Assembly (NCBI GenBank): GCA_949358305.1
Contig: OX442314.1
Location: 7,936,001 to 8,000,000, forward strand
Source of the DNA: Strigamia acuminata
Lineage: Eukaryota
Direction: 5' to 3'
Length of the DNA: 64,000 bases
This document shows positions 24,618 to 35,325 of the stretch, one piece after another (positions within the stretch are counted from its first letter, which is position 1; each line of letters opens with the position of its first letter). Under the pieces are notes generated by a model. The model ran no database searches. It was not told the origin of the DNA and saw only the letters and a list, made by a program, of their open reading frames with translations. A program made the position numbers and the translations under genes.

Positions 24618-26270
24618 TGTGACGGTGACGACCACAACTCCTATCGCATGATAGTACCGGGTATAAGTCGCGTGAAATAGTGAATAATACGAGATAAAAT
24701 AAAGACAACAAGTTTCTCAAAACACTACATTTATTGTTGTCAAACAATAGAATCAAATCTAAAAGTTATACAATTCTAATGCCGACATTTGGCAAGTTAA
24801 ATACAAGTTAAACTATACAAATAATTGGCTGTGAAACAGCCCTAAAATAATATGATTACGGTTAATGGTGATCCTGGGTTCGGGAACGGCAAAACGCCCG
24901 CTCGACCGAGATAAAGATGTCATCTATGCGTAGCCGGGCTGGCTGTGTCCTCGCGGCTTCCGTCGGTGCTCCGTAATCGTGAAACTGGTTCCTTCGCGCT
25001 CCTTCGCGTTCCTGGTTCGTATCTGGTGTAATGGTGTTTAGTTCGATCCGGGAGGTGCGGTTGACTCATGTGCACCGCCACAACTAGGGTTGGAAATTGG
25101 TAATGAATAAATGAAGTCATTTATTCGCCAAGGTTCCGCTTGCGAATTATATTTAATTCGCGATGTTGTGAGTTTAATAAATTAACTCAATAAATTGTAT
25201 TCAATTTATTGTTACGAATTTGATTCGTCATACAGTGAAATAAGTCTCGTGACTTACTTCGGTTGTTAACTTGTTGCCAAGTTTAAACAATTAAGGTGTA
25301 TTTATCAACTACAAAATATAATAAAGGTTAAACATCGCAACACACAATTGCCGTCAAAGTTCGCCTTGCTGAGCAGAACAGTATCGCGCGTGCCCTAAAT
25401 AACAGTGCGGTGAGAGACGGCACTGATATTCAGGGGGATATAGCCCGCAGTTCTGCACAACAGAATTAATCACCCGAGATACTACTCATAAGTAGACTGC
25501 TTTGGCACCATCACCGAAGAGATATAACTTTCCCAAACACATAGTGCTACTGGCGGTAACTGCATGTTTTGCATGCAGACTGCTTTGGCACCATCAAGTG
25601 ATGGAGTCAATCTCTTTCAGTAACAGTGCTACTAACGGTTACTAAATACTTTGGTATCACACGTGATTCTATTGTCCGACCACGAGGATACTTATGCGGG
25701 AGGCTTTCTCCTCGGCAAGACCGTTTGACGGAAACATTAACAGTCCGAACTTCGCCTTCAGTTGACGGGGGTTGCATGGCTCAGCAGAGCCATGCTATGC
25801 ATGGTCCGGTAGGACCATGCCCTGAGTAAGAAACGGCTATTTGACATGCGGAACATACCAAATAACCAGAAAACAAGACTAACTTAACTTCCTGTTGTCA
25901 GGGAGTTTTATACTCGGTGGGATTAGGTTCCACCAATCTCGTATCGCAGGAAGTGGATACGGAGATGCAAATTGGGATTATGCTAATCTTTTAGCATAAA
26001 CCGGAACTGGATACCGGGGACAGGAAATGGATACACAGAACGGAAATGCATTCTGAAAATGGGTTTCATGTCGCGTACCCGTGATAAAGCAAGAATACCT
26101 GCTTTATCTGATTAAATATTGATAATATAACTTTATATTATCGATTTAAATCACATTTATTCGTATCAAACATAATAATATGTTTGTGAACTTTTTCTAC
26201 GCAAAATAGTAAGTTCGAGGTTGAATTTGCCGCTAGTACTAGTGGCGCCATCTATTGCTAATTTGTCACA
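24618..26270 (-). repeat. 3' LTR
   Basis: TGTGAC...GTCACA termini; PPT AAGGGGGATG adjacent at 26271-26280 (-). Confidence 0.95.
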
Positions 26271-26653
26271 CATCCCCCTTAATAACTAAACATATACTCT
26301 TATATTTTATGTTATTCTTTAGGAATATCATTTGTGTCAAATTCATCCATATTAATAAATATTTTATTTCCAATATTTATAAGGCCCATGAGTGTTTTTA
26401 ATAAACATGTTCTTATCCTTAGGATGCTCAAAAATTGTTTTTATTTTTTTTTCTTTCAGAGACGGTTATAAAAATAATTTGGTTACTAAAACAATAAACA
26501 TGAAGTCATTCTCTCATAACGAAGAAGTACTTCTTACAAAAAAATCTTAGTTAAAGTAATTTTTTGGTTACATAATATATTCTTTTATCACAGAATCAAA
26601 CAAATAAATTGTTATTATTATTATATATTTTTTTTTTTAAAATTCGATACAGC

Positions 26654-28264
26654 TTAATCTTGACCTTTTTCGGTCTCCGTGGCGGGCTTTTGCCTATCCT
26701 TCGAAGAGGAACCTTTGCCACGTTTCTTGGCGGGAAGAGGTTCTTCCGGTTGCCGATCTATGAAGAAGGCAGTGGTCGCAACAACTTCCGTGGCGATGGG
26801 AGTCTCGGGTGCTTTATCCCCTGCTTCAGGCTGATCAGTCGATCCGTCTTCTTCATTGATCATCTTTTTGAGATCTTCGTAGATGTCAATCACCGGGGGC
26901 AAAACCAAAATCCAGCCTTCACATATTTGGTTTTTCAGTTCATCTGCGATTTTTCCCACGAGCAGATTCCAAAGATGCTCCAAAATGTTGAAGCCCTCAA
27001 CGCGACGTGGATTCAAGATCATTTGCATGATCCTGGTCACATATCCTACTGTTATTTGATCGGGTAGACCCGTAACCAATTGACGAGAAATGATAATTGC
27101 AAGTCGAGCCACGATGGGGTAGTAGTATTCAACCTCCCAAACAAATAACTGTCCTATCTTGGTGTTCGGAAGAACTTGGTAAGGTTCAATCAAGAACTCG
27201 TTCGAAATTCCGTGCTCCACAACGTTTGGCATGGGGACTAGTGCGGCTTCGTCCGTTTGAGTCGCATTATCTACACAGACAATACTTGGCATTTTTTCCA
27301 AACCCATTTGAAGGCCAAGGGGCGTTCTTCGCGAATTCATAAATTCAGGATCCTCGTATACAGCTTTGCCATCGTTGGATAATAAAGCTTTACAAAGGTG
27401 GCAGGTTGCCCATTTTCGGGGTTCTGGATCGAACAACCCTTTAATCACGAACGAAACAAACTTGGGGTTCCAGGGTTGGATTTTTAATCGTCGTTTCGTT
27501 CCGAGACAATTCCCGCACGATGCCAAATGGCATCCTGTCCCGGAGCCGGACATCCAGCCTACCCCGAAACAGAAAGGGCACGGTATTTCGCCCTTCGCGA
27601 GCTCCAAATTGTCGTGTGGAATTCCCATTTCCAGGTCGCGATCGCAGGCGGCTTTTCGACGTAGTGTCTTTTCTTGCTTACTAGCTGCTCTTTGTTGAGC
27701 AGTCATCGGCTGCAGTTTGGGGGCTCTGGTGGACACAACCGTACGTTTCCCTCTAGCCGTATTATATCTAGGAGTATACACTACTTCGCGCGAAGTCGTG
27801 GGTGGCGGCGAGTCGTAATGAACGTACTCTCGCTGTTTGCGTTTGTTGTCTTGATGGCGGTTTCCCTCGGGATTTCGATTCGCCTCTAATTTGACAATCT
27901 CGTCCAGACTTCTCTCATGAGAGGTCGACGAATCTTCCATTCGACTCGTACTTGGTTTATGGATCGGCTGTAACGGATGGCTTTTGGAGAAACTATCCTT
28001 TTTTGGTATAATGAAGGTTTCTTGTGTAACCTCCATCGCTGTTTTGGGTACAGCCGTTTTTGGGCGAATTTCCTTTGGGAGAGCATCTGGGTTGTTTCGG
28101 GCCCAGGTTAATATGTCCCATCCTTTTTGGTCGAGCACAATAGGAGTGTTTGGTGCTCCCGGGATCGTTACGATGGTCGGGTTGACCGTGGGCGTATTGT
28201 CTTCCTCTGAAGAGCTCGATTGAATCACAATTCGCCGCTTTTTAATTGGTATCTTCTTGACCAT
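26654..28264 (-). CDS. 536-aa accessory ORF in the env position; Cys-rich zinc-binding, probably nuclear protein of unknown function
   Basis: Intact ORF between pol and the 3' LTR; CPFCFGVG...CGNCLG, CHLC; basic NLS-like motifs; splice acceptor TTTTTATATTTGTAG 4 nt before the ATG. Confidence 0.85.
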   Translation of the reverse strand: MVKKIPIKKRRIVIQSSSSEEDNTPTVNPTIVTIPGAPNTPIVLDQKGWDILTWARNNPDALPKEIRPKTAVPKTAMEVTQETFIIPKKDSFSKSHPLQPIHKPSTSRMEDSSTSHERSLDEIVKLEANRNPEGNRHQDNKRKQREYVHYDSPPPTTSREVVYTPRYNTARGKRTVVSTRAPKLQPMTAQQRAASKQEKTLRRKAACDRDLEMGIPHDNLELAKGEIPCPFCFGVGWMSGSGTGCHLASCGNCLGTKRRLKIQPWNPKFVSFVIKGLFDPEPRKWATCHLCKALLSNDGKAVYEDPEFMNSRRTPLGLQMGLEKMPSIVCVDNATQTDEAALVPMPNVVEHGISNEFLIEPYQVLPNTKIGQLFVWEVEYYYPIVARLAIIISRQLVTGLPDQITVGYVTRIMQMILNPRRVEGFNILEHLWNLLVGKIADELKNQICEGWILVLPPVIDIYEDLKKMINEEDGSTDQPEAGDKAPETPIATEVVATTAFFIDRQPEEPLPAKKRGKGSSSKDRQKPATETEKGQD

Positions 28265-28854
28265 AATTCTACAAATATAAAAAACGTCTTAGTTTTATTT
28301 GCAATACTTTGGTATGCGCGCGCCCTCTATTGAGAAAACGCGTAACTGAATTTACGAATTTTATAATTATAATTCGTTATAATTTTATATTTTCGTGTAT
28401 TGATAATTTTATCGAACTTACGAAAATGTCCTGCTTCCTTTAGAAGCGTATCTTGTGGAATTATGAGTGTAGTCGCCTCGACGACAACTTGGAGTTTAGA
28501 GCACGTGGCTTTCAAATCCTCCGCCGCTAATAAACGAATTCCGCTGGTTCGTATTTCTTCGAATATTCAAAGAAATTTCATGATATATATATATAACTTT
28601 ATATGCATAATCATAATACCTGTATTCGTTGATTAACAGCTAACAATGTCAACGCGTTTGACCGTGATTTTTGTTGAATTCGACGAAGTTCTTCTTCTCT
28701 CACGTGTGTGTTAGAAGACTGAATATAGAACGAATCTTTTACTCTCCACCCGGGGTCATAATTTATCAGGTGACTTCGCGAATTTTGATTTGAATATTCA
28801 ATAACTGATTTAAATCAATATCTTTTAGAATATTCTTTTTATATTTAGAGTCGT

Positions 28855-31800
28855 TTAACGACGTTCTTGAACCATCTGCACAAAATCCGTAGTATATTTC
28901 GGATTTGGCTTCGAAGTTCTTTTCGGTCTCGAGATTATCTCCGGAAGGTCAGCTGTTCGCTTCCGTTTATTTGAGTTATTACTTCGTGGGTCGATAATCT
29001 CGTCTCCATTTTCATTTGAGGTAGGAATTATTCTTTCTTCTGGTTCAAGACTTTCTTGAGGAAGTTCTTCCATATCTTTTTCAAGATTTTCACGAGAGGT
29101 TTCTTCCATATCTTGATTATCTAATTCTTGTGAATTAGATTTGTTAAATTCGGAATTTGCCGACATCCAATCAGGGTTTGGATGATCTTCCAGTTTTCCT
29201 TTTTTCTGACCCAGGGTCCATGTCTCAATCGGGTATGAAGGGATATACGGGGTGAGATCATCCGTATTTATTGATGGTTCAATTGAATCATCTAATAATT
29301 TTCGTAAGGTGTATGCACCTCCTGTTAGTACGGCCGTGATTTCCCACGGTCCGTCTCGTTTTTCCGCAAATCCTTTAGTAATACCTTTGTCTTGATTGGA
29401 AAGAATATGTGTATTCTTCCAGACTAAATCACCTACTTCATATTTGCAAATATGAAATTTATTGCGGTGAATTCTGTCGTGTTTCTCGTAATTTAGTTGG
29501 ATTCTACGGTGCATTTCTTGGTGTGCTCTCCGTAAAATCCCGAGTAAATTAAACACGAATTCCTCAGGGTTATTTTTATCGAATTTATTCGCGTGTTGAA
29601 TAATTCGCGGGTCGAAAGGTAGTGTTACTATTCTTCCCGTATTTAATAAAAATGGCGTCGATCCGGTTGCTTCGGATTTTGCCGTTCTGGATGCAAATGC
29701 AAATTCATTCAGAAAACGTGGCCAGTGAGAGTGCACATCAGAATAAATCGCAAGCATTATTTTGATATCTCTGTTTGCCCGTTCTGTGGGGTTGGCCTGA
29801 GCATGATAAGGACTTATATGAGTCATTTTAATGTTATGCCTTTTGCAGAAACCCTCATAGATGGTTGATGCGAACTGTTTTCCATTATCACTGATAATTT
29901 TCCTGGGGTATCCCCATCTATGTACGATATCACCTAACTTTGTTATAATTGCTTCACTTGAAGCTTTGCTTAATGGGGCTAATTCTACCCATTTAGTACA
30001 TTGATCGATTCCTACTAAAATATATTTATGTTGGTATTGACCAGCGGGTTTGGGACCCATGAAGTCTAAACAAAGAACTTCCCATGGCTGTGCCATATTG
30101 TGAGGAGTATAACTCGCTCTGTTTTTGCGGTGTTGACTAGGTTTGTATTGTTGGCAATGAACACAACTACGAACATAATTGCACGTGTCTTTGCTCATTT
30201 TAGGCCAATAATAGATGAGTTTCGCTCGTTCGAGCGTTTTACTCATCCCCGCGTGTCCACTTAACGGATGTCCGTGGCATGCGAACAACACTCGTCGTAC
30301 TAACGAAGGTGGAATCACCGCTTTAAATCCGTTGCCGGAATCATTTAATTCTTCTTCAAATGTTGGTTTGAAGAAGATTAACATTTCAGAGTCATTACTA
30401 TTCTCATCTTCATTATCATGATTTTCTTTGAAATCTAGTTGGTAGCCTTTGATGTCTTTCATCCATCGCTTAGTTTTCTTATTCCTTCTTTGCTCAACTT
30501 CATCTAATTTTAGATGAGTTATTATTTTTCTACATTCATAGTCTTTGAGCTGAGCTTCGATGATTTCTGCTCTGGTAGGAGGAACTATACTTAGTACTTC
30601 GGTTAAAGCACTAAATAAAGTTTCTGGTTCTACATGACCTTTCTCCCCCTTTTCCAAAGAATTATTTAATTTTTTGGAATAATCAAACTTTACTGACACG
30701 TTTGTTAAGAACTGACAGGGTTTTGGTTCTTCTCTACGAGTAACTTCTTTATTTCCGTCCCATTCGGGCCAGAATTGAGTTATTTCTGTGGGTTCGATGT
30801 AATCATCCTTCGGAATGTCTTCAATACTCAAAGGAGCTCTTGAAAATGCGTCTGCGACTTGATTTTGAGTACCACGACGATACTTAATCTTAAAGGCGCC
30901 ACATTGCAGTTTAATTGCCCATCGGCCAAAACGACCAGAAGGTTCTGGCGTTCCCATTAGCCATTTTAAGGCTTCTGCATCTGACTCCAGGGTGAAAGAC
31001 GTGTATTCTATGTAGGGGCGGAAACGTTCTACAGCCCATACTACCGCTAGACACTCTAGTTCGGGAGTAGTGTAACGTTGCTCGGCTCCTCGAAGTACGC
31101 GACTAGCGTAAGCTACGGGTCTTGGAGTTTTAATCCATTTGTCCTTGTTTTTATCAAGAAAGTCCACATCTTGGCATAACACCGCTCCTAATCCTGAATG
31201 TGAAGCATCTGTTAGAATCACAAAGGGTTCGAGCATGTTAGGCATTAACAAAACTTGAGTTTCGTCGCATAAAATGTCTTTAATTCTTTCGAAAGCGTCT
31301 ATTTGCTCTTGTCCCCAGACAAAGGTTGCTTTCTCGTGCATTATGCTAGTCAGTGGAGTAGCAATTTCACCGTGGTTAGGAATAAACTTCCTAAAGAAAT
31401 TTGCCAACCCGTGAAACCTTTGTACATCTTTCGATGTTTTTGGGGTGGGAAATTTTCGTACTGACGCGATTTTATCAGGATCCGGGGCCAATCCATTCGG
31501 AGTGATTAAGTGTCCCAGAAATTTTAGCGTAGTTCTGCCGAACTTAGACTTTTCTTTATTTACGGACAAGTTTGCTTTGTCTAGTCGTTCTAATACATCT
31601 TTAATGTGACCGAGATGTTGATCCCAAGTCTGAGAAAAGATAATTACATCGTCTAAATAGACTAATGCGTGTTTATATAACGCGTCACCCATAACTTGTT
31701 CCATTAGGGCTTGAAATGTACAAGGCGCGTTACATAACCCAAATGGCATACGTACAAATTGATAGTTGCCTTTCGGAGTATAGAAAGCAGTTTTCTGCTT

Positions 31801-34800
31801 ATCTTCGTCTTCCATCTCTACTTGATAATATCCTTTTGTAAGGTCAAGTGAGGTGAAGTATTTTGCCTGATTAGTATTGTGCATGAGCAAATCAATACTG
31901 GGCATTTGGATTGCATTGATTTCGGTGATCGCATTTAACCATCGGAAATCAATACATAACCTATATGTGCCATTTGGTTTGGCAACTATTACGGGATGAC
32001 TTATGTAAGGTCCCGTAGATTTCTCAATGAGATTCTCTGCTTCTAGCTCTTCAACTAGTTTGGTCATAATCGCAATTTTAGCTGGATTGTACATGCGAAA
32101 CGGTTGTTTTTTCCATTTCGCGTCCTTTTTAAACGTAATTTTATGCTTAGTAAGGTTCGTACAACCAACTTTGTCCCGAAAGACGTGCTTGATTCCGGAA
32201 ATTACTTCTAGTAATTTGGTCTTATCCTCGTCGGAACAATCACAATCTTTCACCAACAATTCTTCCCAATTGTCGGGTGTATGAGTGACTGTTCCGTCGT
32301 CTTTTAGTGTGCGTAACCTCGCTAGACTGTCATTAAATTCGTTATCCACGTAAGGCGCAGTCCAACCAGGTTTGTTGTCACAGTCAAATACAGCTCGTGC
32401 TGGATTTAAATTAATTGTTGTACGACGCATAAAATTGTGTCCTAAAATTAGGCCACACACGTTTCGGTCTAAAATGATGAAATTCATTGGAGTGAATTCT
32501 ACTCCATCTGCCCATTGAACACAAAGGGTTATTTGTCCTAGCGGGATATGAGTTATGCCGACGGCACAAACTTTCATATTTCGGGGGCAATCTTGAATGA
32601 AGTCAGGGGAGGCACAAGTACTGTCAAGTAATTGTAATCCAATAAAACATTGGGTGGCTCCTGAATCCATTAAAGCATTATAGGTGAGTCCACCTATTGT
32701 TATTTTCATTCGGGGGTCGTCGCTACTGTTTCCCAAACGTTTGATGTGTTCAACTACTTCAGCTCTCTTGAGCTGATGTTCTTTGACATATTTACGAAGT
32801 CTATGATGTCTAGATAATTTCGAGGAGATATCTAAATTTTCCATCATTGCTTCCAAACTTTCGCATACTCCTCCACTAGAACTAGTGGTTTCCTCTCGAA
32901 CAGGAGGATTTGTAGCGCTTTCAATTATTGCATTCAAGGACTCTCGCCAAGATTCGTCCCCCTTATCCGCAGGAAAGAGGTCGTCATCGAATGATGTAAA
33001 TGGATTTTCGGTCTCTTCCATCGAAAAAGGAGTGTTGGGATAAGGTTCCTTAAATACATACTTTGGATTCCTTTTCCTAGTTCTACGATTAGGTCGTTTA
33101 ATTTCCTCATCCTGAATTACTAATTTATTCAGAGTTTCGTTTAGAACATTTTCTATTTCTGAGGACAATGTATTACTCTGGTTTTTTAGGGGGTTTTCGG
33201 TAACCCCCTCTACTAGTTTTTTTGGAGCCGGTGGACCTTCAATCGCCAAAGGCGGAGTGGTCGCATTTTTTGGATCCAAAAATTTAGTGAATAGATCCGA
33301 CATGGATTTTGTCATACTAGTTTGCATAGTAGTTTTGAAATCTTCAAGTTTTTGATCCAAAGATTCAGCGGTTACCCAATTTTGTCTCTGTCGTTTAAAA
33401 AGATCAGAGGCGGGGTTGGTATTGGTATTATTACCAGTACCTTGGGGTTTGTCCTGAACAAATTTTCTTTTTTGTAACAAAGGACATTCCCTCTTAAAGT
33501 GTCCTGGTTGATTGCAATGGAAACATTTTCCAGTTGCTTTCTCCGATAGGGCACATACCATGTTGTTGAATCCAACATCGTTTTCAAGATTGTCTGTCTC
33601 GTCAGATTCCATAGGTACAACTTCTGGTTCGGCGTTCAACGTCTGAGTAGATCGTATGAGTGGGCGCGAACTCCTGGCGTCTTTACCTCTTTGAGTATTT
33701 GACGGGACAGTTTCGTCCTCTTTATTGGCAATAGTGTCCACACTAGCGTTTTGGGCTTCGAAAAGAGCCCTATTCTGTCGGACAAATTGAAATATGTCAT
33801 TGAATGATTCTTCATAGAGACCTCTATCGATTATTCGATTGTAACTAACTAAGTTCAAATTCTCGAGAAGAGTGGGAGCTTCATCTCTTTTTGAATAAGA
33901 TCCTTGAGCTTGTTTAAATCTCAAAAGAAATGTATAGAGTGGCTCTTCTGGGCCCTGGATTAAATTTCGAAGCTTTCGGGCTCGAGTGACAGGGATCATG
34001 TCAAACTCCGCCAAAAATAACTTTTCGAAAGTTTTCCAGTCAACAAATTTGTCGATGTTATCGGTATGCCATTCGTGGGCTATACCAGATAAATAAGTTG
34101 GTATTCCGCGTTTTACCATCTCATCCAGGGTTAAACCTTTAGCGACAGCGACTGTTTTGGCTGTGGCTAGAAATTTAGCCACTTCTTTCTGTTTCCCATC
34201 GAAAACAGGCATATCCTGACCTTTGAAAAAGGTTTTGCTCGAATTGTTTGCATTATTATTTTGCTGTGCATTATTCTGCATAAATTGTTGTACTTGATGT
34301 GCACAATCAGTTTGAATATTTCGCACATAGGTAAGGATGGTTCCCAAGTCGTCGGTAGAAAATCTCGCTTGAGATGAACTACCATCGGAGGATGCCGAAC
34401 CAGAATTTTGTTCAAAATTGGGCAGATTTCCCTTAGGGACCTGATTGTCCTGGGGGATTTCTTTCCTTGGAGGAACATAATTCTCATGCTGTGTATGATT
34501 GCCAGATGGTACATGTTGTCCATGTGGAACACTACTTTTATTTTGTACACGTTCTGGGGGTGTCTGATTTGAACGAGTCTTTCCCGCCGGTAAATTTTGA
34601 ATAACGGGGGACGGTGAGATCGGATCGGATCTCCTTGGAGTTCGATTTGACACTTTTTTTGACTGTGTTGGGGGGACAAACTGTCCTTTCCCCGGTGTCG
34701 GGGGGACATAATGTCTATTTCCAGATGTTGGAGTAACATACTGTCTATGTCCCGAGTTTTGGGAGATATTTTGTCTATTCCCTGAAGTTTGGGGGATAAA

Positions 34801-35325
34801 ACCCGAATTACTATTGTTAATCATTCGATTAACACTAGTCGATCTAGACCTTGGTTTGGCTAGATTTAAAGGACTATTAGAACTGGGTGTTCTTTGTCCA
34901 GAACTTTGTTGACTACGGGATCGGCTAAACGATGGTTCGCGTACCATTCTATCGTTTAGCTGGGGAGTCGACACTATCCGGGCTTGATATCCCAACCTCT
35001 TTTTAGGAGAGGGAAAGTCCAGCTTACGATTCGTGGGAATCGTTTTTCGTGGGGTTCGGTGTGAAGTCCGCGAATGCCGACTTTCGTTCTCCGAATCTTC
35101 ATCTTCATCGGGTCTAATTCTCTGATTTCTTTTCTCAAGTACGCGTACATGATTAACCGCTTCGGTTATTGTTTTGAAATCAACCCGATTCAGATTATAG
35201 AGTTGACAGTACTCTGTCAAATCGTCCGGAATTAAATCCGTTTGGTCTTCGAGTCGGACGTAACTATTTTCCAAGTTTCCGTCATCGACTTCTCGTTCAT
35301 TCATATGAATGTTTTCGTCAGACAT
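28855..35325 (-). CDS. Single-ORF Gag-Pol polyprotein (probable ATG at 35325)
   Basis: MPVFDG gag, CFHCNQPGHFKREC, LMDSGA protease, YLDD RT, TDAS..YASR RNase H, HHCC + DDE integrase, GPW motif. Confidence 0.97.
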   Translation of the reverse strand: MSDENIHMNEREVDDGNLENSYVRLEDQTDLIPDDLTEYCQLYNLNRVDFKTITEAVNHVRVLEKRNQRIRPDEDEDSENESRHSRTSHRTPRKTIPTNRKLDFPSPKKRLGYQARIVSTPQLNDRMVREPSFSRSRSQQSSGQRTPSSNSPLNLAKPRSRSTSVNRMINNSNSGFIPQTSGNRQNISQNSGHRQYVTPTSGNRHYVPPTPGKGQFVPPTQSKKVSNRTPRRSDPISPSPVIQNLPAGKTRSNQTPPERVQNKSSVPHGQHVPSGNHTQHENYVPPRKEIPQDNQVPKGNLPNFEQNSGSASSDGSSSQARFSTDDLGTILTYVRNIQTDCAHQVQQFMQNNAQQNNNANNSSKTFFKGQDMPVFDGKQKEVAKFLATAKTVAVAKGLTLDEMVKRGIPTYLSGIAHEWHTDNIDKFVDWKTFEKLFLAEFDMIPVTRARKLRNLIQGPEEPLYTFLLRFKQAQGSYSKRDEAPTLLENLNLVSYNRIIDRGLYEESFNDIFQFVRQNRALFEAQNASVDTIANKEDETVPSNTQRGKDARSSRPLIRSTQTLNAEPEVVPMESDETDNLENDVGFNNMVCALSEKATGKCFHCNQPGHFKRECPLLQKRKFVQDKPQGTGNNTNTNPASDLFKRQRQNWVTAESLDQKLEDFKTTMQTSMTKSMSDLFTKFLDPKNATTPPLAIEGPPAPKKLVEGVTENPLKNQSNTLSSEIENVLNETLNKLVIQDEEIKRPNRRTRKRNPKYVFKEPYPNTPFSMEETENPFTSFDDDLFPADKGDESWRESLNAIIESATNPPVREETTSSSGGVCESLEAMMENLDISSKLSRHHRLRKYVKEHQLKRAEVVEHIKRLGNSSDDPRMKITIGGLTYNALMDSGATQCFIGLQLLDSTCASPDFIQDCPRNMKVCAVGITHIPLGQITLCVQWADGVEFTPMNFIILDRNVCGLILGHNFMRRTTINLNPARAVFDCDNKPGWTAPYVDNEFNDSLARLRTLKDDGTVTHTPDNWEELLVKDCDCSDEDKTKLLEVISGIKHVFRDKVGCTNLTKHKITFKKDAKWKKQPFRMYNPAKIAIMTKLVEELEAENLIEKSTGPYISHPVIVAKPNGTYRLCIDFRWLNAITEINAIQMPSIDLLMHNTNQAKYFTSLDLTKGYYQVEMEDEDKQKTAFYTPKGNYQFVRMPFGLCNAPCTFQALMEQVMGDALYKHALVYLDDVIIFSQTWDQHLGHIKDVLERLDKANLSVNKEKSKFGRTTLKFLGHLITPNGLAPDPDKIASVRKFPTPKTSKDVQRFHGLANFFRKFIPNHGEIATPLTSIMHEKATFVWGQEQIDAFERIKDILCDETQVLLMPNMLEPFVILTDASHSGLGAVLCQDVDFLDKNKDKWIKTPRPVAYASRVLRGAEQRYTTPELECLAVVWAVERFRPYIEYTSFTLESDAEALKWLMGTPEPSGRFGRWAIKLQCGAFKIKYRRGTQNQVADAFSRAPLSIEDIPKDDYIEPTEITQFWPEWDGNKEVTRREEPKPCQFLTNVSVKFDYSKKLNNSLEKGEKGHVEPETLFSALTEVLSIVPPTRAEIIEAQLKDYECRKIITHLKLDEVEQRRNKKTKRWMKDIKGYQLDFKENHDNEDENSNDSEMLIFFKPTFEEELNDSGNGFKAVIPPSLVRRVLFACHGHPLSGHAGMSKTLERAKLIYYWPKMSKDTCNYVRSCVHCQQYKPSQHRKNRASYTPHNMAQPWEVLCLDFMGPKPAGQYQHKYILVGIDQCTKWVELAPLSKASSEAIITKLGDIVHRWGYPRKIISDNGKQFASTIYEGFCKRHNIKMTHISPYHAQANPTERANRDIKIMLAIYSDVHSHWPRFLNEFAFASRTAKSEATGSTPFLLNTGRIVTLPFDPRIIQHANKFDKNNPEEFVFNLLGILRRAHQEMHRRIQLNYEKHDRIHRNKFHICKYEVGDLVWKNTHILSNQDKGITKGFAEKRDGPWEITAVLTGGAYTLRKLLDDSIEPSINTDDLTPYIPSYPIETWTLGQKKGKLEDHPNPDWMSANSEFNKSNSQELDNQDMEETSRENLEKDMEELPQESLEPEERIIPTSNENGDEIIDPRSNNSNKRKRTADLPEIISRPKRTSKPNPKYTTDFVQMVQERR

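Noticed and set aside
24920..25829. Short ORFs inside the LTRs (66-67 aa)
   Set aside because: Duplicated only because the LTRs are; not preserved in the related solo LTR
26654..28264. Env gene
   Set aside because: No N-terminal signal peptide or C-terminal TM anchor; basic NLS-like termini instead
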